Assembly (NCBI RefSeq): GCF_006345805.1
Contig: NC_043019.1
Coordinates: 18,661,360-18,725,359 of the forward strand
Length of the DNA: 64,000 nucleotides
Direction: 5' to 3'
From: Octopus sinensis
Lineage: Eukaryota
The notes below the pieces were generated by a model. That model was not told where the DNA came from and did no database searches. It was given only the letters and a program-made list of their open reading frames with translations. The position numbers and the translations under genes were made by a program. How positions within the stretch are numbered: the stretch's first letter is position 1; each line of letters starts with the position of its first letter. Shown here one piece after another: positions 24,246-35,740 of this stretch.

Positions 24246-25156
24246 CAGGTTTCAATCAGTCTACCAAATCCGTTCACAAAGCTTCAGTTGACTACAATAG
24301 AAGGCATTTGCCCCAGGTACCACACAGTGGGACTAAATTCAAGACCACATAATTAGGAAGCAAGCTTCTCTAGCACATGGCCCTGCCTACAGCATAAATA
24401 AACATTTCCTGCTGTTCAGTTACTCTTGCTTCTTCCCCACCCCCTCACGTCCCCTTAATGTGGCTCGTTAAAGAGAGACCTTTTAGATTAGCTTCTCTGC
24501 TCTCTTTGCTTTCATTACATCCTTTTGTCTATCATCTATACTCTTGGGTTGATTTTAGGCAGCCAAAGTCTGGAGAGAGAGAAACAGGATAATTATATGG
24601 CTAGTCATCGGTTCTTTTGGTCACTGCTGCAAAGAAATGATCTGGCATTAAGCTGTTTACACTTTATCATGGTTCAGCTATTCACCTTGGGCCTTATCAG
24701 GGGTTGAGCCATCTCCACTATGTCAGAGCTATACATCTCTTCTCTTGGCCAACGCAATTATATCAAAAACCTCAGTTTTATACAAAAGGCTAACCTGCTG
24801 CTAACACTGTTTAGCAAGTGAAGACTGTCAAATCGCTGCCATTAGCATCTGTTGGTTTTCTCCAGTTGTGTTTTAAACCTTAACATCCTGTAATGCTTTC
24901 TCTATATAAAACTTCTTGATTGTTTTAGAAACTAGAGTTTTTTATGAAACACAGTCCAGTATAAAAGTATTGCATGAATTTGGATGAAAATTACCAATAA
25001 ATTACAGTGATCGTTAGTATATAGTGTGCATGTAATATTTTTTACCTGTTGCCATGTCATTTTCACCTGCCAAGATGCAGTTTAGTTGATTATATGTAAA
25101 GGTTTTTATATATATTTACAGGATGTTAGTTAATGGGCATTGATTTCTTAATTTTG

Positions 25157-25525
25157 CATGGCTGTGTGGTAAGAAGCTTGTTTACCATGGTTCTGTGTTC
25201 AGTCCCATTGCGTGGCACCTTGAGCAAGTGTCTTCTACTATAGCCTCAGGCCGACCAAAGCGTTGTGTGTGGATTTGGTAGACAGAAACTAAAAGAAGCC
25301 TGTCGCATATATATATATGTATGTATTTGTGTTTCTATATTTGTCTCCCCACCATTGTTTGACACTGTTGGTGTGTTTACATTCCCGTAACTTAGCAGTT
25401 TGGCAAAAGAGACTGACAGAATGTGCACTAGGCTTACAAAGAATAAGTCCTGGACTCGATTCGTTCGACTGAAAGAGGTACTCCAGCATGGTGACAATCA
25501 AATGACTGAAACAAGTAAAAGTAAA
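25157..25525 (+). mobile_element. SINE family B (gctgtgtggtaagaagcttg...ttcagtcccactgcgtggcaccttgggcaagtgtcttctactatag), representative full copy
   Basis: tRNA-like head; other copies near 9690-9900, 17780-18030, 20030-20150, 21860-22080, 32480-32570, 34735-35010 and 50985-51190. Confidence 0.75.
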
Positions 25526-25940
25526 TAATATAACCAGGTTCTAGCTTGGCCCTGGAGGAATTGTTGTTGTGCTTAGAAATGGAAGAAAGAAAAATTTGGA
25601 GAAATATATTTAATAAAATATACGTGTTGCAAAGAAGGATACTCTAATGGAAGCAATTGCCTCCAGTCCAAAATATGGCTTGTTGCTAAAGTGTGATGGA
25701 AACAATAGTTTTGGTAGCCTTTTAGAACTGGGATGTAGAAAGTGAGGTTGTTTGGGGTTTTTTTAATGTACTAGTGTTGATCCATCTTTACCTCGTCAAA
25801 GCAAATTATTTTTACCATCATCATCATTTCTGGAAGGTGTGATTCAAACTCAACAACAGCCTTCTGTTCCTTCTCTAGCACCTGACACTATTCTAATGAT
25901 TAATGACTTGGATTTGGTTCTTCTATTCCATTTTGATCAG

Positions 25941-26024
25941 GATGAGGAGTTACATGAAGACGTGAAGAAAATTCTGGAAGGTGCCAACCTAGAAGAAGTC
26001 ACTATGAAAACTGTTATAAAGCAG
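25941..26024 (+). CDS. DEK: DEK coding exon 9, DEK-C domain (DEELHEDVKKILEGANLEEVTMKTVIKQ)
   Basis: gatcag acceptor and gtaagt donor; ANLEEVTMK is the DEK-C motif. Confidence 0.96.
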
Positions 26025-26232
26025 GTAAGTGCTAACATCGTTAGCACAGTTTCTTTTAACTCTCCCCAAATTATTGATAGAAAGAAAAAAAAAAGGTATA
26101 GGCTGTTTTTTGTCTCCAGCTTCAGGCCTGACCTCCATGGTGTTATTTGATCCTGTACCTGGCTTCCTGAACCGTTTGTGCCCAGTTCTGACCGGGATTA
26201 GAGCCAAGGCTGTCATATATAATGGATCTTTA

Positions 26233-26902
26233 CCTTTTGACCAGCAGATGTAGAAAATAAATTTTTCGTAACTGAACACTTTCTACCAGTATACCAAGTA
26301 TACTGGTAGAATGTGTCATATAAAACAATTTTTATTCTTAGAGTTTTCGAGAAAACTTTATATTTATAAAGTTAGTCATATTTCAGTAACTTCAACCGAT
26401 CAATGACGTGTATTCAGCTGAATTAAATTACTGCTGTTGTTTGTCAACAACAACTCCCGGCAGTGTATATATTGTTTGTCACTGTTATTTATGACATCAT
26501 TCATGCGTTTGTACTGGTTTTAGGGTTAGGGAGTTACTGAAAAAATGTTAAATGAAGAAATTGGAGTGGGTGGGAGAGGGGGGGGGCAAACAATTATGGT
26601 GGTGCCATGAAGTAAACATGCTTCAGATACACTTGTTTATCCATACAAACAATATATACACTGCTAGAAGTTGTTGATGACAAACAACAGCAGTAATTTT
26701 ATTCAGCTGAATACATGTCATTGATTGGTTGAAGTTACCGAAATATGACGAATATTTACGAAACTTCGTAAATATAAAGTTTTCTTGAAAACTCTAAGAA
26801 TAAAAAATTGTTTTATATGACACATTCTACCAGTATACTTCATATATTGGTAGAAAGTGTTCAGTTACAAAAAATTATTTTCTAAATCTGCTGGTCAAAA
26901 GG
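26233..26902. mobile_element. Foldback/MITE with about 250-bp terminal inverted repeats and TA flanks
   Basis: About 26228-26482 is the reverse complement of about 26645-26907 (CTTTACCTTTTGACCAGCAGAT / ATCTGCTGGTCAAAAGGTAAAG); TA at 26231-26232 and 26903-26904. Confidence 0.85.
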
Positions 26903-27878
26903 TAAAGGCTTTCAATTTGGTCATGTTGTATTTAAAGAATCAAGACTGTTTAACAATAGACCATGAAAGCTGAATGAGTTCATACTGTAGTCTAGTTGCC
27001 AGCCATGTGATCATATTTCAGTTCTTGTGTCAGCAACAATCATTACTGCTTCTTCCGCTCCCTAAATGAGTGCAAAATATTAAACTACATCCCATACACA
27101 TTTTTGGCTTCTTCATCCAAAGCCCCATTTTGTTTTTGTCATTATTTGAAGGGGATGGGGCTGAAAAGTGCCTGGCTTTGGGTAAGAGAAAATACAGGAG
27201 GACCAGTTAATTATGATTTTACTCAACATATTCCCCTCTCAGACTCACACACTTATTGCAGGGGTCCTTCGGTTTTTCTAAGCCACCCCAAGTCTGCACC
27301 ATCACAGTGTTGATTCATTTGTTTCTTCATCTATTTATTCCATGCTAGCAAGACTTACATGGGAAGGTGCATGAGGCAGGGCCTCTATGGCTGGATGTTC
27401 CCCTTAACTGTCTTGACCCGTTTTTCAAATAAGGGGATTTTTTTAATTCTAAAAGAATTCAAAAGCAGGCATTTTGTTGACAAGAAAGGTCAACAGAGGT
27501 CACCAGCTATAGTGCATCTGGCTGCAGATGTAAACATCATTTATGTATATGGTAGGTCCTTCCAGTCTCCATCTGCCAAAATTACTAAAATGGCATCGAT
27601 TGGCTTGGGGTGGTCATACATAGAAGGGCTGGACCTGAAGCAATACGGTTGGGCAGCTTAGTGCATGTGTGCAGGCTTGTGCTGGTGCTGCGTAAACACA
27701 TCCTTTGTGCCAGTGGCACAAAGGGGTGCACTCACCCCACTGTGAAGTAGTTTGTGTTTGGAAGGGCATTCAGCCGTAGAAACCATGGTCAGAACAGACA
27801 ATTGGAGTCTGGGAAGCAGGTATTAAATGATGATGATGATGATATGTGTGTAATCTTTCTGATGTGTTTTTCCTGCAG

Positions 27879-27947
27879 GTATATGCAAAATATCCTGACT
27901 TTGATCTCACCCAAAGGAAAGAATTCATTAAATCAACTGTAAAACAG
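27879..27947 (+). CDS. DEK: DEK coding exon 10 (VYAKYPDFDLTQRKEFIKSTVKQ)
   Basis: cctgcag acceptor and gtaatt donor; matches DEK VYENYPTYDLTERKDFIKTTVK. Confidence 0.96.
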
Positions 27948-30167
27948 GTAATTTGTTTTTTGTTGTTAGTGGGGCAGGAGTGTTGGAGAATCAGAAAAAT
28001 ATTTTTGAGTTCACATAGCACCCAGCTCCATCGTTTTCAAGGTCAATGAAATAAAGTACAAATCAAATACTAGAATCCATAGTATTTGACTGGAACTCCC
28101 CTCCCCCAAATTGCTGGATTTGTGCCAAAATTTGGAAATTACTGGGGGGGGGGGAAGCTGGGCAAAATACTTATTAGTATCTCATCCATCTTTGTTCAAA
28201 TTCCACTGAGGTTGATTTTGTCTTTCATCCTTTCAGGGTCAGTGAAATACTGGGGTCGATGTAACCAACGTGTCCCCTTCCCCCAAAATTTCAGACTTTA
28301 TGCCTTTAGTAGAGAAGAATATTATTATCTAGTGAGCTTGAATCCTGCTTGCTTGGAATGTTACCCAGCCAAACTGGCACGTAATGGGGAAAATACCATG
28401 TATTAAGTTTTCCCCTGAAATGTGAAAATGAACCCCAAACGGTGCATAATGGGAAAATATTCCAGAAATAACTTGACCCTGAAAGGAAAGAAACTCTAAC
28501 CTTCGATTGGACAACGAAAAAATACAAGTTGCTTTTTACAGTAAATGTATTTTCACTTTTGTTAAACACAATATTTTAATCATTTAGAAATATTTATAAG
28601 TGAATGGGATTACAAAAATGTACAGTAAGGATTTATATTTCAGCTTTCTTTAAACAGACACTATTTTAATGTTTTTTGAAATTATTTTCAAGTGAATAAC
28701 CATTTCAAAGAATTATTTTGTTATATTTAAGATATTTTAAAGTGAAAATGACTTTAAAAATATGGTAAATATTTCATAAAAGACCCATTGATAACCTCAG
28801 TGTGAAATAATTTTTTGTATCTCTTTTCCTAACATTTGGCTTCTGTTTCTAGCATGCGCTGCTACTACATAACAGCTATTTGCGATAAAGGACCCGAAAT
28901 ACCTGTTACATGATGGCAGAGCATGCAAGAAATAGCAGCCAAATCTTTCCTTTTCTGGGGAAAGAAGCCGTTTACGTATGATTTCAATGTCACATTTGTT
29001 GAAATCATGTAAAACTCTGTTGCTGGGAAATTCCGACTTTGCTGGTGCCGGGTTATTATGGGTGGTCTGGTTACTCTTATCCTTCTGCTAGTGTCTGTGT
29101 GTCTGTGCATTGCGTTACATTTCTGCCAAGGGAGGTAACAATGTGACTGAAGAAGGGGGGTGGGGTGTCGATATTGTGCATGTGTTCAACTCCAAGGCAC
29201 GATTGAAAGGCTTCACTTAATGAAACAAGCTGAAAGCTCATTCATTATGGACGACAGTTAAAGTGAAATGACCTTAGAATGCAAACACCTGTTGATGGTG
29301 CACTTTTGTCTTTTACGTGTTCCAAACGAAAGGCTATTTTTTATTAAGTTTCGATTGCTTATTGGTGTTATGAGAGTAGACAAATACATTGGCAGAAGGG
29401 AAGGTAGATATGTTAGTTAATTAGATAGGTACATAGGTGAGTCTACAGATGATAAAGGTAGATAAGTAGCTGAAATAAACTGAAAATAATCTCAATTACT
29501 AAATAATTTGAACTGATCTTTGGTCATAGTTCAGCAGAGAAGTGTACAGGTTTTATCTTTTTTTACCTTTGTCTTTTGTTTCCTGAAAATATCTGCCAAA
29601 CGTATTAAAAGAAGGTAAAGAAACGACACCATTTCGATTGTATCTGAAAGTTTTGATTAAATGGCACAGTTTCAAAGACAAATTGCTTTGAAATTCTTTG
29701 TGTTTAACATATTAAAGTGTTTTCAAATCTGTTGCCTTGCACTTTGGAATTTCCCCAGTTGCTGCTGGTTATTGTTCAAAGCAACAAACTGGCAGAACTG
29801 CCGTCTGTCTTTATGTTCTAGGTTCAAATTCTGCTGAGGTCAACTTTGCCTTTTGTCCTTCCAGGGTCAATAAAATAGGTACCAGTTGGGCACAGGGGTC
29901 AATGTATTCGATTGAACCCCCTCCTCCAAAATTGTGCCTTTAGTAGAAAGTAGATTCATCCAATCACTGTGTTCTGAGTTCAAATACTGCCATGGTCGGC
30001 TTTGCCTTTCATCCTTTCAAGGTTCAATAAGATAAGTACCAGTGATGCACTGAGGTAACCCCCTCCCCTAAAATTTCAGGCCTTGTGCCTACAGGAGAAA
30101 GGATTATTATTATTATTATTGCCACAATTAACTGCATTTTTCTTTCTTTCTTTTCTTCTCTTTTCAG

Positions 30168-30179
30168 ATCATTTCCTGA
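30168..30179 (+). CDS. DEK: DEK terminal coding exon (IIS-stop)
   Basis: Long polypyrimidine tract plus cag at 30165-30167, then atc att tcc tga; matches the DEK C-terminus LIS*. Total CDS is 1161 nt = 386 aa plus stop. Confidence 0.85.
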   Translation: MIS

Positions 30180-31630
30180 GTTGTGTGTTGTAGTATTGTA
30201 TTATATAAAGCTGGATGGAAGATTTATCAATCACATCTGTGTATGATGAGATTGGGTGGACGGTTGGGCCAGATGGGGGGTAGGGAGTAGGGTGGGGAGT
30301 GTGGGAAGGGTATCAAGCATTTCATTGTCCCCTTATCTCATCATGGCTCTATAATATTTCACTCATTCTCCCCACCTCTTTTTATTTTTCTATCTCTCTC
30401 TCCACATATTCTACATTTTCATTGTAATTTTCTTTCTCAATGGTGGTGATGGTGTTAACAGTGATAGATGTGATGACAAAGATGACGACAACGACAACTG
30501 GCTTATTCCATTATTCTACTTCAAAATACTTGACATTTTGTGGGGTGGAGTGTTTATCCCCCCCCCCTACTGTAAGTATTCTATCTTCCCCATACACACA
30601 CACACACATATATACATACAAACACATAAGGTGGGGGAAATTAGTGCTCAAATACGAAAGGCAGAGTAAAGTACTCTTTTATTAAAGCTAAAAAAGAAAC
30701 TTCACAAACTGCTGCTCAGAGTTGTTTCACATGACTATTCATCTGATGGTTCTTGTAATACACACCAGTAATGGAATTTTATAAATTGTGAGTTTATTTA
30801 TGGAAACCAGTTCAACGAATAAGCATTTAAATTTGATTGGATAACTAATTTTTTTTTAAATTTATACATATATATATACATGCATTTATACAGAATAGGC
30901 CAAAAAGTCACAAACCAAAATTAAAACTCATTTAATTATATTACATATTTCAAAGACAACACGTTTTTATTTAATTACAAAGCCAAAAAAAATGTCAGCA
31001 GTATGATCACAAGTGTTCCGAAATGTCTGCAGTTTTTGTTATTTGTCACATGAGGAATTGCCAATTTCCTGCAAGGATCTTCAAACTGATTTCTTTAGAC
31101 TTTTTTTTTTTTTTTTTTTTTTGAAGCTTGTTATTATGACAGATCCCCCGTGTCTTGTGTGATAGCACCAGGCAGCCACTTTGGTATTTGTCATGCACAC
31201 TGCCTGTTGCATGACATGTTTGGATGCCAATGTGGCTTTTGGTTGAAGGAGTCTGCAATGGTTCTATTGGTTGCACCATGGAGACCGAATGGGGGAACCA
31301 GTTCAATGCACTCTGGAAGAGCATTGAAGGCATATGTACTTGTACACGACGGACAAAATGGCAAATGCTTTGGTGCATGACTTTTGGCTCTCTCTCTCTC
31401 TCTCTGTGTATATCGTCAGTCCTTTAGGCACATAGCTATATGTAACCCTATGTTAAGACACACTGTTACATATCCATACATGACACGTGGCTCTGTATTT
31501 AAAGAGATGAATATCTCCAAGCATCTGATTCACACGTTGTCTTTTCTCTCATTTCCTTCTCAAAGCATTTATGTAAATATAGCACTTAGTTTTAAAGTCC
31601 ATTATTGCTATCAGTGTATGTTAAGGCATC

Positions 31631-31960
31631 GAGCTGGCAGAAATGTTAGCAAACAGGGTGAAATGCTTAACGGTATTTTGTCTGTCGCTAAGTTCTGAGT
31701 TCAAATTCCACCGAGGTCAAATTTGCCTTTCCTCCTTTTGGGGGTCGATAAATTAAGTGCCAGTTGTATACTGAGGTCAATTTAATCGAATGGCCCCTCC
31801 TCCAAAATTTCGGGCAGCCATGTTTACATTCTACTGGGGTCAGTTTTGCCTTTCATCCTTTCAGGGCCTATAAATCGAGTACCAGTCACATACTGGGGTC
31901 AATGTAATCCTTTCTCAAAATTTCAGGCCTTATGCCTTTAGCAGAAAGAATAATTATTAT
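31631..31960 (+). mobile_element. SINE family A (ttctgagttcaaattcc...tttgcctttcatcctttcggggtcgataaa core), representative copy plus a partial tandem copy
   Basis: The same core recurs near 14300-14510(-), 28220-28320, 29780-30120, 31965-32150(-), 33210-33390(-), 34095-34290, 38745-38930(-), 56700-56840(-), 58032-58195(-) and 63310-63390(-). Boundaries are approximate. Confidence 0.75.
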
Positions 31961-34900
31961 AATTGGTTTCAAATTTTGTCACAAGGCCAGCAATTTTGGG
32001 GCGGGGTAGAGGGTACTTAACCCTGAAAGGATGAAAAGCAAAGTTGAACACAGTGTAGTTTGAACTAAGAATGTAAAGGTATACAAAATGCTGCTAAGCC
32101 ATTTTCCTGCTGCTTTACCAATCATTCTACCAGCTTGCCCACCTTAATGATTATTAACGACATGATTAAAGTTGAGTTGACCAAATCATGAGGCTCCCAG
32201 AGAAACTGCTTTCCCCTATTTCTTCTGCTTCTTTACATTCATATTGTGCCATGGTCGACTTTGCTTTTCATCCTTTCGGGATTTTCCTTTCCCCTGCTCT
32301 GGAAGTGAAAGAGTTCCATATTGTAAGAATCCATCACAAACTAATTCAGTTCAACATATTATTATTATTATTATTATTGTTGTTGCCTTGCTGTTTCCTT
32401 TAGTAATTTATAACCTTGTGTCAATGTTTAAAAAACAAATGTCTATGTGTGTGTGTGTGTGTGTATACACATACATATACACGTTAGAGTTCAGTCCCTC
32501 TGTTTGGCACCTTGGGCAAGTGTCTTCTATAGTTACAGGCCAACCAAAGCCTGCCATCGTATGTATGATTAGGATTGTGTAGTTGTGGTTACATTTCACC
32601 CCCAAAAATCACTGAGCTACAAGCAGTGACATTGTTGTCAATTCCCCTGTCAACAAATCATTTCTTGGTTTTATGCTTTCAAAAGTGTGTCCTACAAGAT
32701 GGGCATTTAAGTGTGAAATAACACCTCAATAATACATTTGTTTAGGTCATAATTATCATGGAAAAGCACATGTCAAATAAACGTGTGTTTATATGCATCT
32801 ACATCTCACTTTGTATTTTAACTGCTGTTTGGTGGTGGGCTGGATGGTGTTGCTTGAAGGCTTCTTACAAAGGGTTGTGAATTTATATATTGCTGCAGTC
32901 CTGGTTTCAAACCCCCTCATGGTCAATTTTGTTTCAACTTTAAGCGTAGTGGAGAAGCGGGGCAATAAAAGACCAGTCCAGTATGTGGTGGTGGTCGGGT
33001 GTCAGTTTTATCAACTCCGTCTTCTCATTTTAAATTTTGTCATCTTTATCTTTAATAAGGCATCAGTTTCACTTGATCATCATCATCATCATCAGATGCA
33101 GAGCAGTAGATTTGCATAATTGTCAGTGTTGAGGAAGTGGATTCTTTAGGGTATTCTGGCTTTTAATATTCCAACATTCACTTTGGCTTTTAAGGATCAA
33201 TTTCATAATTGATAGTCTTGACTAACTGGTTTCCCCCAGATTTCGGGCCATGTGCCTCTATGTCAGAAATGTTGTGAGTACCAAAGGCATCAGACAGAAT
33301 ACTCAGCTGCTGCACTTGTTCCATTTTGAGTTCAAATTCTGCTGCGGTCAACTTTGCCTTTTGTCCTTTCGGGGTCAATAAAATAAGTGCCAATTGAACA
33401 CAAATTCTTCCCCCCCGCCCTCACTCTTTGAGTTTGTATCTGCTTGACCAAGTCTTACCTTTCTTGATTCCGTGCTTACTGGGACATCTCCAATAGCCAT
33501 TAGTCTTGGTAAACTGGATCTTTTGGGCATGGTTTCAATTCCTAGTTGATACTATTGATAGGAGGGGGCATGTGTATCCTAGCGTATCATTTCTGTTGCC
33601 CCTGTGTGAGAAACCGATTATTGGGTCGGGGGGGGGGGGGCTTCTGTGGACGTGAGGTCAAGATATGGTTTGGTGTGAAGTACCCATGATGCATTGCAGA
33701 ATGAGGTGGGGCTGCTGGTTTGATGTTTTAATTCTCTGAATCCTTCTGACAATATATTGATCCCTGTGTTTTAGATATCCCCACTTCCTCCTTTGTGCCA
33801 GCTCCAGTTTCTAACCTGAATGCTTTCATTTGTGTTATCAGCCGCCGCCACGGCTGCAGAGAGTTTAATTTCGCTTCAGACTTGCATAAAACATTGATGG
33901 TGACTGTATGATAATTAATAGAGACTTTTAGATGTCAGCTTACAACAAGCTGGCTTTTATTCCATTTATATTAATTTCTGTGAAAAGACAAAACACTTGT
34001 AACAACGCATTCTCAGTTTTCTCCTTTCAAATGAAGCAAAGTTGTTTTTTTATCAACCTACTTATGTAATAAACCATTGTTATTATTATTATTAACGGTG
34101 GCCGGCTGCTAGAATCATTAGCATGCGGACACAACATGCTTAGTTGCATTTCATCCATCTCTTAACGATCTGAGTTCAAATTCTGCCACAGTCAACTTGG
34201 CCTTTCATCCTTTCAGGGTTGATAAAAAAAGATAAGTACCAGTTGAATGCTGGGGTCGATGTAATTGACCTCACCCTCTAGGGCTTGGTGCCAAAATTTG
34301 GACATTTATTCCAGACTCTTTGTATTCTGAGTTCAGTTTGTCGCTAGGTCAACCTTTTTGCCCTTCCAGGGTCTATTTAATGAACCAGCCCCTCATCACC
34401 CATTTCTGGCTTTAAATGCCTTGCAGGGTTCAGTTCCCTTTCCAGGCACCGTTGAAGGACCAGTAATACAGTGGGCAATTGTTGATTTAAACAAATATAA
34501 ACAAAATTGATGGCCTAAGTAGCAGTGGTGGTGGGCATAATGGAGTGGTGCACACTTTACATAACATTCTGAATACAGTTTCCTACTTGGTGTCAACTTT
34601 GTCTTTTGGTTGCCCAGGGAGGTGGGTGGGGCTCATCGATGAAGTGAAGCCCCAGTCTGGTTCTGCTGTGGCAAACACCCCCACTTCGTTCACCTGACCA
34701 CTGTTAGGAGCCAAGCAGGGCATGGTAGAACAACTGCCTGTGTGGTTAAGAAGTTTGCTTCCCAACCACATGGTTTCAGGTTCAGTCCCACTCCGTGGCA
34801 CCTTGGGCAAATGTCTTTTACTCTAGTTTCACCAGTGTTTGTCCCCTTCTATTGCTTAGCAAGTGTTGGTGTGTTTACATCCCTATAACTTAGCGATTCA

Positions 34901-35251
34901 GCAAAAGAGACTGATAGAATAAGTACTGGGATCAATTCATTCAACTGAACTTCTTCAAAGCAGTGCCCCAGCATGACCACAGCCTGATGACACGAGTAAA
35001 AAGATCTACAAGATGTGTTCAAAAAGTATCCAACCTTTAGGTATAAGAAAAACAATTTGGTACATTGGACAAATTTTATTTGATCCCCTTCAAAATAAAC
35101 CCCCCCCCCCTCCTTGGGAGTTCACACTCTTCTCTCTGCAGTTCTGCCACTTAAATCCCTCCGCTTTCAGTTTGGGGAAGAACCAGAGGTCACATGGTGC
35201 CAAGTAAGGAGCCTGTTAAACGTGTGTTTGTGACCAGGAAAGCTTGGATTA

Positions 35252-35740
35252 CAAGGTGTGTTCAAAATGGATCTGACTTTATATTTCCATGTGCACAAAT
35301 CCTCCATTAATATGGAATGTACTGATCCTGTGCTTGTTTCCACTTGATGCGTAATTTCCTGGATTGTTACACAGTGGTGTTCCATGACTATTCACTGAAA
35401 CTTCTCAATTGGCCCCCTTCATTTCAGAATAGCCTGCCCAAGCGTACCTCACTCTCCACTGAGGTGCAGACTTGTCCAATGAAGTTGTGCCGTTTCTTGA
35501 TCTGAGTTTTGCCCATGGCATCAGCACCAAGGGCCTGTTGAATCTTGTGGATGGTTTGAGCTTGAGTATCACTGAGCTTTTCTTAAAACTTGATGTGTTT
35601 GCACCACACCTGTAATCAGGACATAACGACCGGAGCCAGCAGAAAGATTTTCACAAACGTGCCAGAAGGGTGGCATCACCTCCCACCCAAACGATTTTGG
35701 CAAGAAAATATAAAATCAGATATTTTTTGAATGCACCCTG
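35252..35740. mobile_element. Tc1/mariner-type deleted derivative
   Basis: TA flanks at 35250-35251 and 35741-35742; imperfect about 35-bp TIRs CAAGGTGTGTTCAAAA.. / ..TTTTTGAATGCACCCTG. Confidence 0.75.

Noticed and set aside
23832-24356. Overlapping ORFs with 25-aa repeats as novel proteins
   Set aside because: They are produced by the 75-bp tandem repeat and a (CA)n tract in a DEK intron.
27948-28049. Read-through of DEK exon 10 as the true C-terminus
   Set aside because: A good donor at 27948 and a terminal IIS-stop exon at 30168 match known DEK ends; read-through has no support.
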